A DNA stretch of 39,999 nucleotides from Candidatus Moraniibacteriota bacterium (GCA_030645735.1 JAUSNP010000002.1:1-39999); one strand, 5' to 3'. Shown: positions 7,570 through 17,157, numbered from the stretch's first letter. The notes: a model not told the origin generated them from the letters alone. Numbers and translations: made by a program.

Positions 7570-8235
7570 TTATAAACTCACATACGCCACAGGCAGAACT
7601 TTTTTGAAGATGCCAGCTACAAGGATTGTGTCGGATTCATCGAGGTAAATCGGCTGATGAACCTTGTTGGTTGATTGTGGGAAAAGACCAATCATGCCAT
7701 GAGGCAATTTTTTGTAACGCTTGATGGTGGCCATACCGTTGATAACGGCTACTACAATTTTCCCTTCATAGTCAGCAGAATTGTCAGCTTTTTCAAAGAC
7801 TACATAATCACCGTCACCAATCCCCTCCTTATTCATTGAATCACCTAAAGCTTTGACCGCAAAAAGCTGGGCTGGATCTTGTTGGCGAAAAAGACTTTTA
7901 GAAATTTGCAAATAACCATCTACGTTGCCATCAGCATAAGCCAAAGCTTCTCCGCAAGAGGCCAACCCATACATAGGCATGGAGAAAATGTTCTCAAAAT
8001 TGGCATAGCTGTCGTTTTCTACCATGAACAACTTCTTGTCAGAATCCCGCTTGATGAGGTCTTTTTTCTCAAGCGCCTCAATCACTTGCATTGTGCCTTT
8101 CAAGCTTCCTACCTCAATTCCACGCTCTTCAAGATGCTTGTGCAACTTGTAGCTAGTTGGATTGCCTCCGCCCTGTTCAATGATTTCCCGAATGGCATCC
8201 AGCACCATCTTTTGTTTTGATGTTAATTTTTCCAT
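7570..8235 (-). CDS. lexA: LexA-like repressor (wHTH plus S24 peptidase)
   Basis: LTSKQ N-terminus, ASCG cleavage site (Cys-Gly), GDSM catalytic Ser, ATIK Lys. Confidence 0.85.
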   Translation of the reverse strand: MEKLTSKQKMVLDAIREIIEQGGGNPTSYKLHKHLEERGIEVGSLKGTMQVIEALEKKDLIKRDSDKKLFMVENDSYANFENIFSMPMYGLASCGEALAYADGNVDGYLQISKSLFRQQDPAQLFAVKALGDSMNKEGIGDGDYVVFEKADNSADYEGKIVVAVINGMATIKRYKKLPHGMIGLFPQSTNKVHQPIYLDESDTILVAGIFKKVLPVAYVSL

Positions 8236-8271
8236 AGAGTTATATTATTTAATTTTTATTAATCTAATGAT

Positions 8272-8299
8272 ATTCTATCACTTCACTCATCACTGTCAA
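8272..8299 (-). promoter_or_regulatory. sigma70 promoter of lexA
   Basis: TTGACA-16nt-TAGAAT with TG extension; spacer is made of GTGA repeats. Confidence 0.7.
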
Positions 8300-8309
8300 C
8301 TCCCCACCC

Positions 8310-8318
8310 TGTGGATAA
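8310..8318 (-). promoter_or_regulatory. DnaA box
   Basis: TGTGGATAA 10 bp upstream of the lexA -35. Confidence 0.55.
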
Positions 8319-8326
8319 CTTTAATT

Positions 8327-8419
8327 CATGCGACATGTGGTATGAAACTTGAAACATCTCCAAAAACAAAACAACCCGCCAGAGCGAGTTGTTTCATATT
8401 TCAAGTTATATGTTTTGTG
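8327..8419. repeat. Degenerate heptamer inverted array enclosing the probable ftsZ terminator
   Basis: CATGCGA/CATGTGG/TATGAAA/CTTGAAA ... TGTTTCA/TATTTCA/AGTTATA; AACAAC..GTTGTT hairpin in the centre. Confidence 0.75.
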
Positions 8420-8425
8420 CAATTT

Positions 8426-9658
8426 TTATTTCCCCATCTTCCTACGAATAAAGGCTGGGATTTCTAGTTCATCGTCGCTGTCATCATCCAATGATTTTTC
8501 TGAAGCAGAAAAAGCAGGTCTGATTGGTTTCGGTTGAACTTTTTCTTCGATGATCATTTTTGATTCAAATTTTTCTGGAAAAGTTATTCTGGGCATTTCT
8601 TCTTCTGCCTCTTCCATTATGTTTGAAGTGTTTTGTGTGGTTGGCTTCAATTGCGCCACTGTCATGCGAGACATTCTTTCTACTGGAGTTTCTTTCACAC
8701 GATCAGAGTCAAAGCCAGTGGCCACCACTGTAATTTGAACTTCGCCTTTCTTGATAGTTTCATCTACCACCGCTCCGAAAATTACTTTCGCATTTGGATC
8801 AATTGATTCAGTGATGATGTTGGCAGCTTCGTTGATTTCTAACATGGTCAAATCAGATGAACCGCTTACATTGAACAATACGCCCTTAGCGCCATCAATG
8901 GACAGTTCTAACAAAGGACTGTTGATAGCCGCCTTAGCTGCATCAGCTGCGCGGTTTTCTCCAGTTCCGATTCCAATTCCCATCAAAGCTGACCCGCTGT
9001 TAGACATAATCGCCCGCACATCAGCAAAGTCGACATTAACAATTCCGGGTTTGGTAATCAAGTCAGAAATTCCTTGCACGCCTTGTCGAAGCACATCATC
9101 TACAATCTTAAATGAATTGATCAAGGTTGTTTTCTTGTCGATGATTTGCAGAAGCTTATCATTAGGAATCGTGATCAAAGTGTCCACACGTTCTCGCAAA
9201 TTTTCCAAAGCTTCATCAGCAATTGATCTTCTTTGCGCGCCTTCAAAAGTGAAAGGTCGAGTCACCACAGCCACAGTCAAAGCTCCCAGCTCTTTGGCAA
9301 TTTCAGCCACCACTGGTGCTGCGCCTGAACCAGTTCCTCCACCCAAACCACAAGTTACAAAAACCATATCAGCACCTTTCAAAACATCTTGGATTTCATC
9401 ACGAGTTTCTTCGGCAGCTTGTCGTCCAATGTCAGGATTCATTCCAGCCCCGAGTCCTTTGGTCAAATTTTTTCCAATATGAACTTTTTCGCTCGCTTTG
9501 TTATGATGCAAAGCTTGTGAATCAGTGTTGATAGCCACAAACTCCACGCCCTTAACTTTGGCATCGATCATTCTTTCAATCGCATTGCCGCCAGATCCTC
9601 CAACTCCAACAACTTTGATACGCGCGAATGTTTCTACCGGTGGTTTTATTTCTGCCAT
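8426..9658 (-). CDS. ftsZ: Cell division GTPase FtsZ
   Basis: GGGTGSG, NVDFADV and C-terminal LEIPAFIRR. Confidence 0.99.
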   Translation of the reverse strand: MAEIKPPVETFARIKVVGVGGSGGNAIERMIDAKVKGVEFVAINTDSQALHHNKASEKVHIGKNLTKGLGAGMNPDIGRQAAEETRDEIQDVLKGADMVFVTCGLGGGTGSGAAPVVAEIAKELGALTVAVVTRPFTFEGAQRRSIADEALENLRERVDTLITIPNDKLLQIIDKKTTLINSFKIVDDVLRQGVQGISDLITKPGIVNVDFADVRAIMSNSGSALMGIGIGTGENRAADAAKAAINSPLLELSIDGAKGVLFNVSGSSDLTMLEINEAANIITESIDPNAKVIFGAVVDETIKKGEVQITVVATGFDSDRVKETPVERMSRMTVAQLKPTTQNTSNIMEEAEEEMPRITFPEKFESKMIIEEKVQPKPIRPAFSASEKSLDDDSDDELEIPAFIRRKMGK

Positions 9659-9827
9659 ATGTTTTGATATAAAAAATGAAATTTAATGACTTTTCCACGA
9701 AATTCGAGAGATCCAACCCTCAGTTTCTTAGTAACTAAATTTAGCACATATAAATACTATGTGTCAAATAAGCTATTTTCGTATTTGTTTTATTCTTTAT
9801 TTTATCTCAAACAAGCCATTTGCGACC

Positions 9828-11090
9828 TTATGGCAAAAACTTTCCAATCCATTTTTTCATGCCCTCAATTCCACCACCCATTCCACTAGAAATCGAACCG
9901 GTCAATTTATTTTTCAACATCATTCCGCCACGCGCACTACTGTCGTTTTCCAATCCCCACAAAATCAATCCAATCACCGTTACAAAAGTTGGTTCATCGA
10001 CTTTATCAATCAGTCCTCCCAGTTGCATAGGAAATCCTGTTTGCGCTGGCAAGCCCAAAATATTTTTGGCTAAATCAACTGCGCCTGGAAGTTTCGCCGT
10101 GCCACCAGTCAAAACCACGCCGGCTGGTAAAAGTTTTTCTCGTCCAATCAAGCGCAATTCTTTATTCACCAATGTCAAAATTTCTTCTAAACGCGCTTCG
10201 ATAATTTCTGCCACATGATAACGTGAAACAATACCTTCTTCGTTCGGATCTAATTCAGCTAAATTTATTTCTTCTCGTTTGCCAATTTCTTTTGGCAAAG
10301 CATTGCCATATTCCAATTTGACTCTTTCAGCCACATCAATGGAAGTTCGCAGACCGATGGCGATGTCATTGGTGATGTGGTTGCCACCGATTGGCAAAAT
10401 AGTCGTGTGCAAAAGATCATTTTCTTCAAAAACTGCAATCGAAGTGGTGCCCCCGCCGATATCTACCAAGACCACGCCGAGCTCTTTTTGCCTTTTGGTC
10501 AAAGTGGCTTTAGTGGCAGCCAACGGAGCTAACACGAAATCAGAGATTGCGATGCCAGCCTGCTCAAAACATTTGGTCAAATTTTTAATAAATGGCGTTG
10601 AGCCTTCCACAATCATTGCGTCCACTTCCAAGCGCACGCCATTCATGCCGAGCGGATCTTTGATATTTTTATTATCATCTAATGAATAGGTTTCTGGGAT
10701 AATGTGAATAATTTCTTTGTTGGGTGGAATGGAAATGGCTTGCGCTGCGTTGATCACGCGTTCGATGTCATCTTCGGCCACTTCACCATCAGCACGTCCC
10801 ACTGCAATTACGCCTTTGGAATGTTGTGAGGTGATGTGATTGCCACCAATGCTCACTACGGCTTGACTGACTGCCACGCCTGAAGTTCGCTCAGCTTGTT
10901 CGACTGATTCATTGATAGATTTTGTCGCTTCTTCCAAATCCACAATCACGCCCTTGCGCACGCCAGTAGAATTGGCAAAACCAACTCCGATGATGCGGGG
11001 CTTTTCTTCCTCTGGAAAAATTCGCGCAATGACTGTGCGCACACTTGAAGAGCCAATATCAATTCCAACAATAATATCTCGACTTGCCAT
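9828..11090 (-). CDS. ftsA: Cell division protein FtsA
   Basis: GIDIGSS, VDIGGGTT, AERVKLEYG and LTGGTA; adjacent to ftsZ. Confidence 0.98.
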   Translation of the reverse strand: MASRDIIVGIDIGSSSVRTVIARIFPEEEKPRIIGVGFANSTGVRKGVIVDLEEATKSINESVEQAERTSGVAVSQAVVSIGGNHITSQHSKGVIAVGRADGEVAEDDIERVINAAQAISIPPNKEIIHIIPETYSLDDNKNIKDPLGMNGVRLEVDAMIVEGSTPFIKNLTKCFEQAGIAISDFVLAPLAATKATLTKRQKELGVVLVDIGGGTTSIAVFEENDLLHTTILPIGGNHITNDIAIGLRTSIDVAERVKLEYGNALPKEIGKREEINLAELDPNEEGIVSRYHVAEIIEARLEEILTLVNKELRLIGREKLLPAGVVLTGGTAKLPGAVDLAKNILGLPAQTGFPMQLGGLIDKVDEPTFVTVIGLILWGLENDSSARGGMMLKNKLTGSISSGMGGGIEGMKKWIGKFLP

Positions 11091-11169
11091 GATGTATGTC
11101 CAAGCTTTATCTTGATTAAAAAATATTCTTTTTAATATTATATCCTAAAAATATACTAACTGCAATTGA

Positions 11170-11532
11170 CTACTTTCCAATCACATACGGAATAAAAATA
11201 ATCAAACCGATAATCACTGCCAAAAGTGACGAAACCAAAACGCTGGCCGCCATCAAATCTTTGATGACTCGCACATAAGGATGCACGCGCGGTTTCAGAA
11301 TGTCGGCAATTCTTTCCATTACTGTGTTCAACAACTCCATTACTAAAACGCCCATAATCACCAAAAACAGCACGATCATTTCGCCCTCAGTGACATGATA
11401 ATAAATCATTGCACCCACCACAAGGAAAGCGAAAATAACTTCATTCTGAAAATTTTTCTCATACCGCAACGCGTAACTCAAACCGCTCACGGCGTGCGTT
11501 AGGCTTCGATAAAAATCTTTTGCTCTTTGCAT
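11170..11532 (-). CDS. dgkA: Diacylglycerol/undecaprenol kinase family
   Basis: EKNF, ELLNTVMERIAD and IKDLMAASV; three TM segments. Confidence 0.9.
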   Translation of the reverse strand: MQRAKDFYRSLTHAVSGLSYALRYEKNFQNEVIFAFLVVGAMIYYHVTEGEMIVLFLVIMGVLVMELLNTVMERIADILKPRVHPYVRVIKDLMAASVLVSSLLAVIIGLIIFIPYVIGK

Positions 11533-11538
11533 AATATT

Positions 11539-11997
11539 TTATGAAATTTTTGTTACTTGTTCTTGAATCCCGAACATCTGGTCGCCATGTGCAAATCCTA
11601 GGAGATGCAGGACACCATGAGAAGTCACATTGACCAATTCTTTTTGCAAATCAAGGTTTTGCTCGACAGCATATTTCTTAATATCATCATAGCACAAAAT
11701 TAACTCGCCCAAAAACAGTTCCTCCTCAGCCACTTTTTGAATTTCCTCAATATTTTCATACTCGCAAAAAGACAAAATGTCGGTCACACTGTCCTTGTCG
11801 CGATTTTCCCGATTGAGTTTTTGCATTTCTGCTTCAGACACCAGCGCCACGCTGATCGAAACAACTTTGTCATCCAAAAATACCTTCCTCTCCTGAACCT
11901 CCCTCACTGCTTCAATTGTTTTTTCCGCGACCACGGCAAAAAAATCATCCGCCAGCGGACTCTCGGTCGTGTTATTGACTTCGATTTGAATTTTCAT
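11539..11997 (-). CDS. ybeY: rRNA maturation endoribonuclease YbeY
   Basis: TDILSF, LGEL and HGVLHLLGFAH. Confidence 0.95.
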   Translation of the reverse strand: MKIQIEVNNTTESPLADDFFAVVAEKTIEAVREVQERKVFLDDKVVSISVALVSEAEMQKLNRENRDKDSVTDILSFCEYENIEEIQKVAEEELFLGELILCYDDIKKYAVEQNLDLQKELVNVTSHGVLHLLGFAHGDQMFGIQEQVTKIS

Positions 11998-12012
11998 GCT
12001 TGTGAACGACAA

Positions 12013-12108
12013 TTATTTCTGTAGCACCGTGAACAACGTAAACACAACTGCCAATGTCACCACCAGCAACCCACTCGCCATCACAAGTTTTGATATTTTT
12101 CTAACCAT
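12013..12108 (-). CDS. 31-aa single-TM small protein
   Basis: MVRKISKLVMASGLLVVTLAVVFTLFTVLQK*; fills the gap between the NUDIX gene and ybeY; below the ORF-track cutoff. Confidence 0.55.
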   Translation of the reverse strand: MVRKISKLVMASGLLVVTLAVVFTLFTVLQK

Positions 12109-12115
12109 AAGATAA

Positions 12116-12670
12116 TTATAGCATATTTAACTTTTTCATAGCTAGGAAAAAAGCTGCGATAGAATCACCCGTCCTTATCTCACCTCTTTCAATCATTTTT
12201 ATCACTTCTTCAACTGATAATACTAAAGTTTCAATATCTTCAGAAATATCTTGTTTAGTTATACCATTTTTCTTAACATTTTTCGCTATGTAATAAAAAC
12301 CTCTTCCAATTGCTTTTGTAGCATTCACCTCACATTCTGCAAGCAATTCTATTTTTTCTGCAACATAACCCGTCTCTTCCTCTAATTCACGCCGAGCCGC
12401 ATCTTCAGAAGATTCATTATTATCAATAAAGCCAGCTGGAAATTCAATCATTTCCTTATCAGCGCCATATTTATACTGTTTTACTAAAATAAGTTTATTG
12501 TCTTCGGTTACTGGAACAACTATTGCGATATCCCCTGAGAGCCACAAAAAATAATCATCCATCACTTTCCCATTTGGCAGTTTAACCACATCTTTTCTCA
12601 CCCTAAACCATTTTTCATCCAGTGCCATCTCAGAAGAAATTTTATGCCATTTTTTATTATTATTTTCCAT
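12116..12670 (-). CDS. NUDIX hydrolase (ADP-ribose pyrophosphatase-like)
   Basis: EFPAGFIDNNESSEDAARRELEEETGY Nudix box; KQYKY. Confidence 0.92.
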   Translation of the reverse strand: MENNNKKWHKISSEMALDEKWFRVRKDVVKLPNGKVMDDYFLWLSGDIAIVVPVTEDNKLILVKQYKYGADKEMIEFPAGFIDNNESSEDAARRELEEETGYVAEKIELLAECEVNATKAIGRGFYYIAKNVKKNGITKQDISEDIETLVLSVEEVIKMIERGEIRTGDSIAAFFLAMKKLNML

Positions 12671-12689
12671 AAACATACTTAGCCTAAAC

Positions 12690-12717
12690 AAAAAGCGGAG
12701 AAAGTCCCCGCTTTTTG
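12690..12717 (-). terminator. Intrinsic terminator after yqeY
   Basis: AAAAAGCGG...CCGCTTTTT hairpin. Confidence 0.6.
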
Positions 12718-12724
12718 AGTGATA

Positions 12725-13177
12725 TTATTGTAATGATTCTTCAACGATTTTTTTGACGAGGTTGCCGTCGGCTTGACCTTTCAATCTGCCCATGACTGGT
12801 CCCATGACCTTGCCGATGTCAGCTTTGCTTGTCACGCCAGCGGCGGCGATGACTTCAGCCACGATAGCTCGCACTGCGTCTTCGCTCAATTGAGCTGGCA
12901 TGTAGGCCATTAGAATTTCAATTTCTTTCAATTCTTTTTCCGCCAATTCTGGTCGTCCACCTTCTTCATATTGAGTCACGGCGTCTTTTCTTTGTTTGAC
13001 TGCTCGTGAGATGACTTCCATTGATTCTTCGTCAGAAAGTCCGGTTTCCCGTTTCATCTTTTCAATCTCAACATTCTTGATCATTGAATCTAGCATGCGA
13101 AGGACATCGCGTTTTTCAGTTTCGCCCGCCTTCATAGCTGCTTTCAAATCTTCAAATATAGTTTGTTTGAGTGACAT
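12725..13177 (-). CDS. yqeY: GatB/YqeY domain protein
   Basis: DLKAAMKA, KQRKDA..YEEGGR.ELAEKE, YMPAQLSE and ADG. Confidence 0.95.
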   Translation of the reverse strand: MSLKQTIFEDLKAAMKAGETEKRDVLRMLDSMIKNVEIEKMKRETGLSDEESMEVISRAVKQRKDAVTQYEEGGRPELAEKELKEIEILMAYMPAQLSEDAVRAIVAEVIAAAGVTSKADIGKVMGPVMGRLKGQADGNLVKKIVEESLQ

Positions 13178-13182
13178 TTATT

Positions 13183-13273
13183 CATGAAGCATGAAGCTTG
13201 TAACATGAAGCATTTTTTGAAAATATTTTTCGCAAAACCACATTGTTTCAAGTTTCATGTTATATGTTACATG
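13183..13273. repeat. Degenerate heptamer inverted array
   Basis: CATGAAG x2, CTTGTAA, CATGAAG ... TGTTTCA, AGTTTCA, TGTTATA, TGTTACA; same family as 8327..8419. Confidence 0.8.
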
Positions 13274-13278
13274 ATTTT

Positions 13279-13533
13279 TTATTTTACCATTTTCTTCTTA
13301 GCGTTTCTAAAGTTTTCGTCATCAAATTTGCCCATTTTTTTCAAACGGTCAACAACTTTTTTGACTTTAGATCGGTACATAGCGCCAGCGCGAAGTTCAG
13401 TCTTGCTCTTTTCTTCCACGCGGAATCGAGTTTTTCTAGCTTTCACTAGGACGCCACTTTGTTGTACGCGACGAGAAAAACGTCTGATTAAACTTTCAGA
13501 TGTTTCTCGGTCTTTCTTTTTTACTTCAATCAT
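13279..13533 (-). CDS. rpsU: 30S ribosomal protein bS21
   Basis: ETSESLIRRFSRRVQQSGVL; basic protein; AGGAGG SD; rpsU-yqeY synteny. Confidence 0.85.
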   Translation of the reverse strand: MIEVKKKDRETSESLIRRFSRRVQQSGVLVKARKTRFRVEEKSKTELRAGAMYRSKVKKVVDRLKKMGKFDDENFRNAKKKMVK

Positions 13534-13555
13534 AAAAATCCTCCTTTCTGTGATA

Positions 13556-13636
13556 CATGTTAACATTTTAGCACGTTAACATTTCAACATCCCAGCAAAA
13601 TTTGCTCAAATGCTAAAATGTTAACGTGCTGACGTG
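13556..13636. repeat. Degenerate octamer inverted array
   Basis: ATGTTAAC/ATTTTAGC/ACGTTAAC/ATTTCAAC ... TGCTCAAA/TGCTAAAA/TGTTAACG/TGCTGACG. Confidence 0.75.
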
Positions 13637-13673
13637 AATTGGCAGTATAAACTATTTGCTCGCTAATTGCAAA

Positions 13674-15101
13674 CTAAGCCTGTTCTTGATCTTGACTCGG
13701 CTCTGCAACATGATTGTGATCATGATAGACCACTACATTGTCAGTCTTCAATTTCTTCTTTACTAAATCAATCAATTTTTCCGCGCTAGCCGTTTCCTGT
13801 TCACCACTAATCATATTTTTGATGATGACTGTTTTGTCCAAAGCTTCTTTTTGACCCAAAATCAAAGTCATTTCTACGCCCAATCGATTAGCTACGCGCA
13901 GTTGTGATTTCAAACTACCTCGGCCAAAACTTTCCGCCACCAAAATTCCATTCTTTTCCAATTCAGAGAATAAACGCAAACTTTTCTTTTTGGCCAAGTC
14001 GCCCAATTGAGCCAAGAAAACTTTTGGCTTTGGCGCGCGATAGGGTTTGGCTTGCACACGTTTCATTTCCAAAATCAATCGCTCCACTCCCAAGCCAAAT
14101 CCGATGGCCGGAGTTGCTTCCCCACCAATCATTTTCACCAGACCATCATATCTTCCGCCACCACCCAATGAACTCTTGCGTCCTTCTTCAGAACCAGACC
14201 AAATTTCAAAAACAGTTTTGGTATAATAGTCCAAACCACGCACAAGTCGCGGGTTGATGGTGTATGGCAAATCCAATTCATCTAAATATTCCAACAAACT
14301 CTTGAAATGTACGCGACATTCTTCGCATAAGTGATCCACTGATTGTGGGGCTGAAGCACTAACTTGCGAACACTTGTCTTCTTTGCAATCCAACACACGC
14401 AAAGGATTCAAATCCATTCTGCGCTTGCAATCAATACACAGTTTAGTTGCTTTTGATTCTAAATAACTTACTAGCAAATCTCGATATTGCTTGCGACAAA
14501 CTGGGCAACCAATTGAGTTGACTTGAATCTGAATGGCCTTGATGCCCAAATTTTGCACCACGCGCGCCGCCACCTGAATCATTTGCGCATCCAAAATTGG
14601 ATCTTGTTCGCCAAATGAATCAAAATTGACTTGCGAAAATTCTCGATAACGCCCTTCTTGCGGTCGATCATAACGATAGACAGTGCCAGCAGAAAAAAGC
14701 TTCACTGGTTTGCTCAACACATTCATACCATGTTGGATATACGCGCGCGCAATGCCAGCCGTCATTTCTGGTCGCAAAGCCACCTTGTCGCCACCCTTGG
14801 TCACAAAACTATATAATTCTTTTTCTACAATGTCAGTCCCCTCACCAATACTGCGGTTGAAAAGATTGCTGAATTCCACGATTGGCGTATCAATGCGAGA
14901 GAAGCCATAATCACGAGAAAGTCTTTCTGTCACTCGACGCACTTGCTCCCAATATGGCTGGTCTTCTGGCAATATATCTCTCATACCACGCAAAGGTTGC
15001 AACGCGATGGGCTCCAATTCTTTTTTCACTTCCTTAACTTGTTTCTTCGCTTTCGCTGGAACTGCTTTTTTAGCAACTACTTTCTTGATGATTTTAGCCA
15101 T
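13674..15101 (-). CDS. hisS: Histidine--tRNA ligase
   Basis: RGMRD, LRPEMTA, RYDRPQEGRYREF, LVRGLDYY and GGGRYDGL. Confidence 0.98.
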   Translation of the reverse strand: MAKIIKKVVAKKAVPAKAKKQVKEVKKELEPIALQPLRGMRDILPEDQPYWEQVRRVTERLSRDYGFSRIDTPIVEFSNLFNRSIGEGTDIVEKELYSFVTKGGDKVALRPEMTAGIARAYIQHGMNVLSKPVKLFSAGTVYRYDRPQEGRYREFSQVNFDSFGEQDPILDAQMIQVAARVVQNLGIKAIQIQVNSIGCPVCRKQYRDLLVSYLESKATKLCIDCKRRMDLNPLRVLDCKEDKCSQVSASAPQSVDHLCEECRVHFKSLLEYLDELDLPYTINPRLVRGLDYYTKTVFEIWSGSEEGRKSSLGGGGRYDGLVKMIGGEATPAIGFGLGVERLILEMKRVQAKPYRAPKPKVFLAQLGDLAKKKSLRLFSELEKNGILVAESFGRGSLKSQLRVANRLGVEMTLILGQKEALDKTVIIKNMISGEQETASAEKLIDLVKKKLKTDNVVVYHDHNHVAEPSQDQEQA

Positions 15102-15108
15102 GATGTTA

Positions 15109-15230
15109 TAAATCACAAATTAAACACTAATTAAACTCTCCTGCCTGCCGGCAGGCAGGAATACTCTCTAATAATTTTTAAATTTTATTCGCGATCATTC
15201 GGGAAAAATTCGAGATTGATTTGCGATTTA
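15109..15230. repeat. Degenerate tandem inverted array interrupted by a GC palindrome
   Basis: TAAATCACAAAT...ATTTGCGATTTA termini with ~11-12-nt period units. Confidence 0.6.
15140..15159. repeat. 20-bp perfect GC palindrome
   Basis: CCTGCCTGCCGGCAGGCAGG in an AT-rich context. Confidence 0.9.
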
Positions 15231-15235
15231 TATCA

Positions 15236-15850
15236 TTAAAATATAGATATTTTATCTAATGGCCACGCGCGGAAAAGTGCTTTGCCTACGATATCAGCTT
15301 CTGGCAATGGACCCCAAGAGCGCGAATCAGAGCTGAATTGACGATTATCACCCATCACAAAATATTCATCATCTTTGAGCTTCATTGTTACCTCACCAGT
15401 TGTTTTTATGTTGCTAGGTAAATAGCTACTCTCATCCAAAACAAAACCATCCGGATTTTCTGAATTATAAATTTTTACCTTACCATCTTTGATTTCAATT
15501 TTCTCTCCTGGCAAACCAACGGTTCTTTTGATAAAAAATTGAGTTGGATTTTTCGGATAACGGAAAACGATCACCTCTTGTCGGCCAAGCTCCTTGAACG
15601 GTTCAATGGTGAAAAGTGGTCCAACTTCAGTTTTTTTATAACCAAATTCATTTACAATCAGATATTGATTGTTTTCAAAATTCGGCTCCATCGAAGCGCC
15701 TTGCACGAAAAATGGCTGAAACAAAAAAACACGAATCGGGATGATGATGACAAAAGCCAGGATGAAAATTTTGATGACCTCCAACACAAACCCACCGACG
15801 CCATAATAGCGCTCGTCTTGAATTTTGTTAGAAGAAGAGTTAGTTTGCAT
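15236..15850 (-). CDS. lepB: Signal peptidase I
   Basis: GASMEP, FIKR and GDNRQFSSDSRSWG. Confidence 0.96.
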   Translation of the reverse strand: MQTNSSSNKIQDERYYGVGGFVLEVIKIFILAFVIIIPIRVFLFQPFFVQGASMEPNFENNQYLIVNEFGYKKTEVGPLFTIEPFKELGRQEVIVFRYPKNPTQFFIKRTVGLPGEKIEIKDGKVKIYNSENPDGFVLDESSYLPSNIKTTGEVTMKLKDDEYFVMGDNRQFSSDSRSWGPLPEADIVGKALFRAWPLDKISIF

Positions 15851-15982
15851 GACTATTTTATTTCATAGGCTTACTTGCCCTGTTTACCTACTATTTTAGC
15901 AGAAAAATAGCACCTTGGCAAGGGTGAAAATAGGCTGAATCAAGCCTTTTTAATACAAAAACAAAGTCTGCGCAAATCTGAC

Positions 15983-17044
15983 TTATCTTAGCTCTTTATC
16001 TAACTTCTTAATCTCTTTCATAAGCGCCGGCAAGATATCTTTTTCTTTGACGCTCTTGATGACTTTGCCTTTGGCAAAAATCGCGCCCATTCCCTTGCCA
16101 CCCGCCACGCCAATGTCCGCTTCGCGCGCTTCGCCAGGGCCATTGACCACGCAACCCATGACTGCCACTTTGATGGGCGTTTTGATTTTGCTCAATTCTT
16201 TTTCTACGGCGTTGGCCAATTCAATCAATTTGATTTGGGTGCGTCCGCAAGTTGGACAAGAAATCATTTCTGGTCCACGGCGACGAAGTCCCAATGATTG
16301 CAAAATCGCCCAACAAGTGTCAATTTCTTCCACTGGATCCGCCGTGAGTGACACACGAAAAGTAGCGCCAATTTTTTCATGCAACAAGATGCCAATGCCA
16401 ATGGCACTGCGAATTGAACCAGTGAAAACTGTGCCAGCTTCCGTCACGCCCAAATGCAATGGATAGTCAACTTTTTTCGCCATCATCTCATAAGCTTCCA
16501 CCATTTGTGGCACATTGCTGAATTTGATGGCAATCAAAATGTCTTTGAAATTCAATTTTTCCAAAATCTTCACGTGTCTCAAGGCCGATTCAACGGCTGC
16601 CTTGGGAGTGGCGCCATATTTATTCAGAAAATCTTGTTCAATTGAACCGGCATTCACACCGATGCGAATCGGAATTTTTTTCTTCTTGCACGCATCCACC
16701 ACCGCTTTGACTTTTTCCTCCGAACCAATGTTGCCCGGATTGATGCGAATCTTGTCCACGCCTTGCGCCACCGCTTCCAAAGCTAACTTATAATCAAAAT
16801 GAATATCCGCCACCAACGGAATATGGATCTGTTTTTTGATTTTGCCCAACACCTTGGCCGCTGCCATATCCAGCACTGCCACGCGCACGATTTCACAGCC
16901 CTTTTTCTCCAACGCCAAAATCTGTTTGACCGTAGCTTTTACATCATGCGTGTCAGTGTTGCACATTGATTGAATGCGCACTGGATTGTCGCCACCCAAC
17001 AGCAGATTGCCAATTTTGACCACGCGAGTTTTTCGATTTTTCAT
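15983..17044 (-). CDS. ispG: (E)-4-hydroxy-3-methylbut-2-enyl-diphosphate synthase
   Basis: IQSM, PLVADIHF, RINPGN, HLGVTEAG, CPTCGR and GCVVNGPGE. Confidence 0.97.
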   Translation of the reverse strand: MKNRKTRVVKIGNLLLGGDNPVRIQSMCNTDTHDVKATVKQILALEKKGCEIVRVAVLDMAAAKVLGKIKKQIHIPLVADIHFDYKLALEAVAQGVDKIRINPGNIGSEEKVKAVVDACKKKKIPIRIGVNAGSIEQDFLNKYGATPKAAVESALRHVKILEKLNFKDILIAIKFSNVPQMVEAYEMMAKKVDYPLHLGVTEAGTVFTGSIRSAIGIGILLHEKIGATFRVSLTADPVEEIDTCWAILQSLGLRRRGPEMISCPTCGRTQIKLIELANAVEKELSKIKTPIKVAVMGCVVNGPGEAREADIGVAGGKGMGAIFAKGKVIKSVKEKDILPALMKEIKKLDKELR

Positions 17045-17157
17045 AATAATTTTTTAACTATTTATGTGAGCAAAAGTTAGACAAAAAAACAAATCATCTG
17101 TTCCCAAAATGGGAACGGTTGAGATATTTCCATATCTAAGTTTTTTTACCAAATTTC

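Noticed and set aside
8751-9482. Long antisense ORFs (also 25637..26266, 33328..33861, 36048..36674, 38289..38948 and others)
   Set aside because: They are shadows of well-conserved genes on the opposite strand with no recognisable motifs.
13183-13636. parS-like half sites (TGTTTCA, TGTTAAC) in tandem arrays
   Set aside because: No full 16-bp TGTTNCACGTGAAACA palindrome; the half sites are explained by the repeat units.
13674-15101. Multiple Cys motifs in HisS as a novel domain
   Set aside because: A Cys-rich insertion domain is common in this HisRS type.
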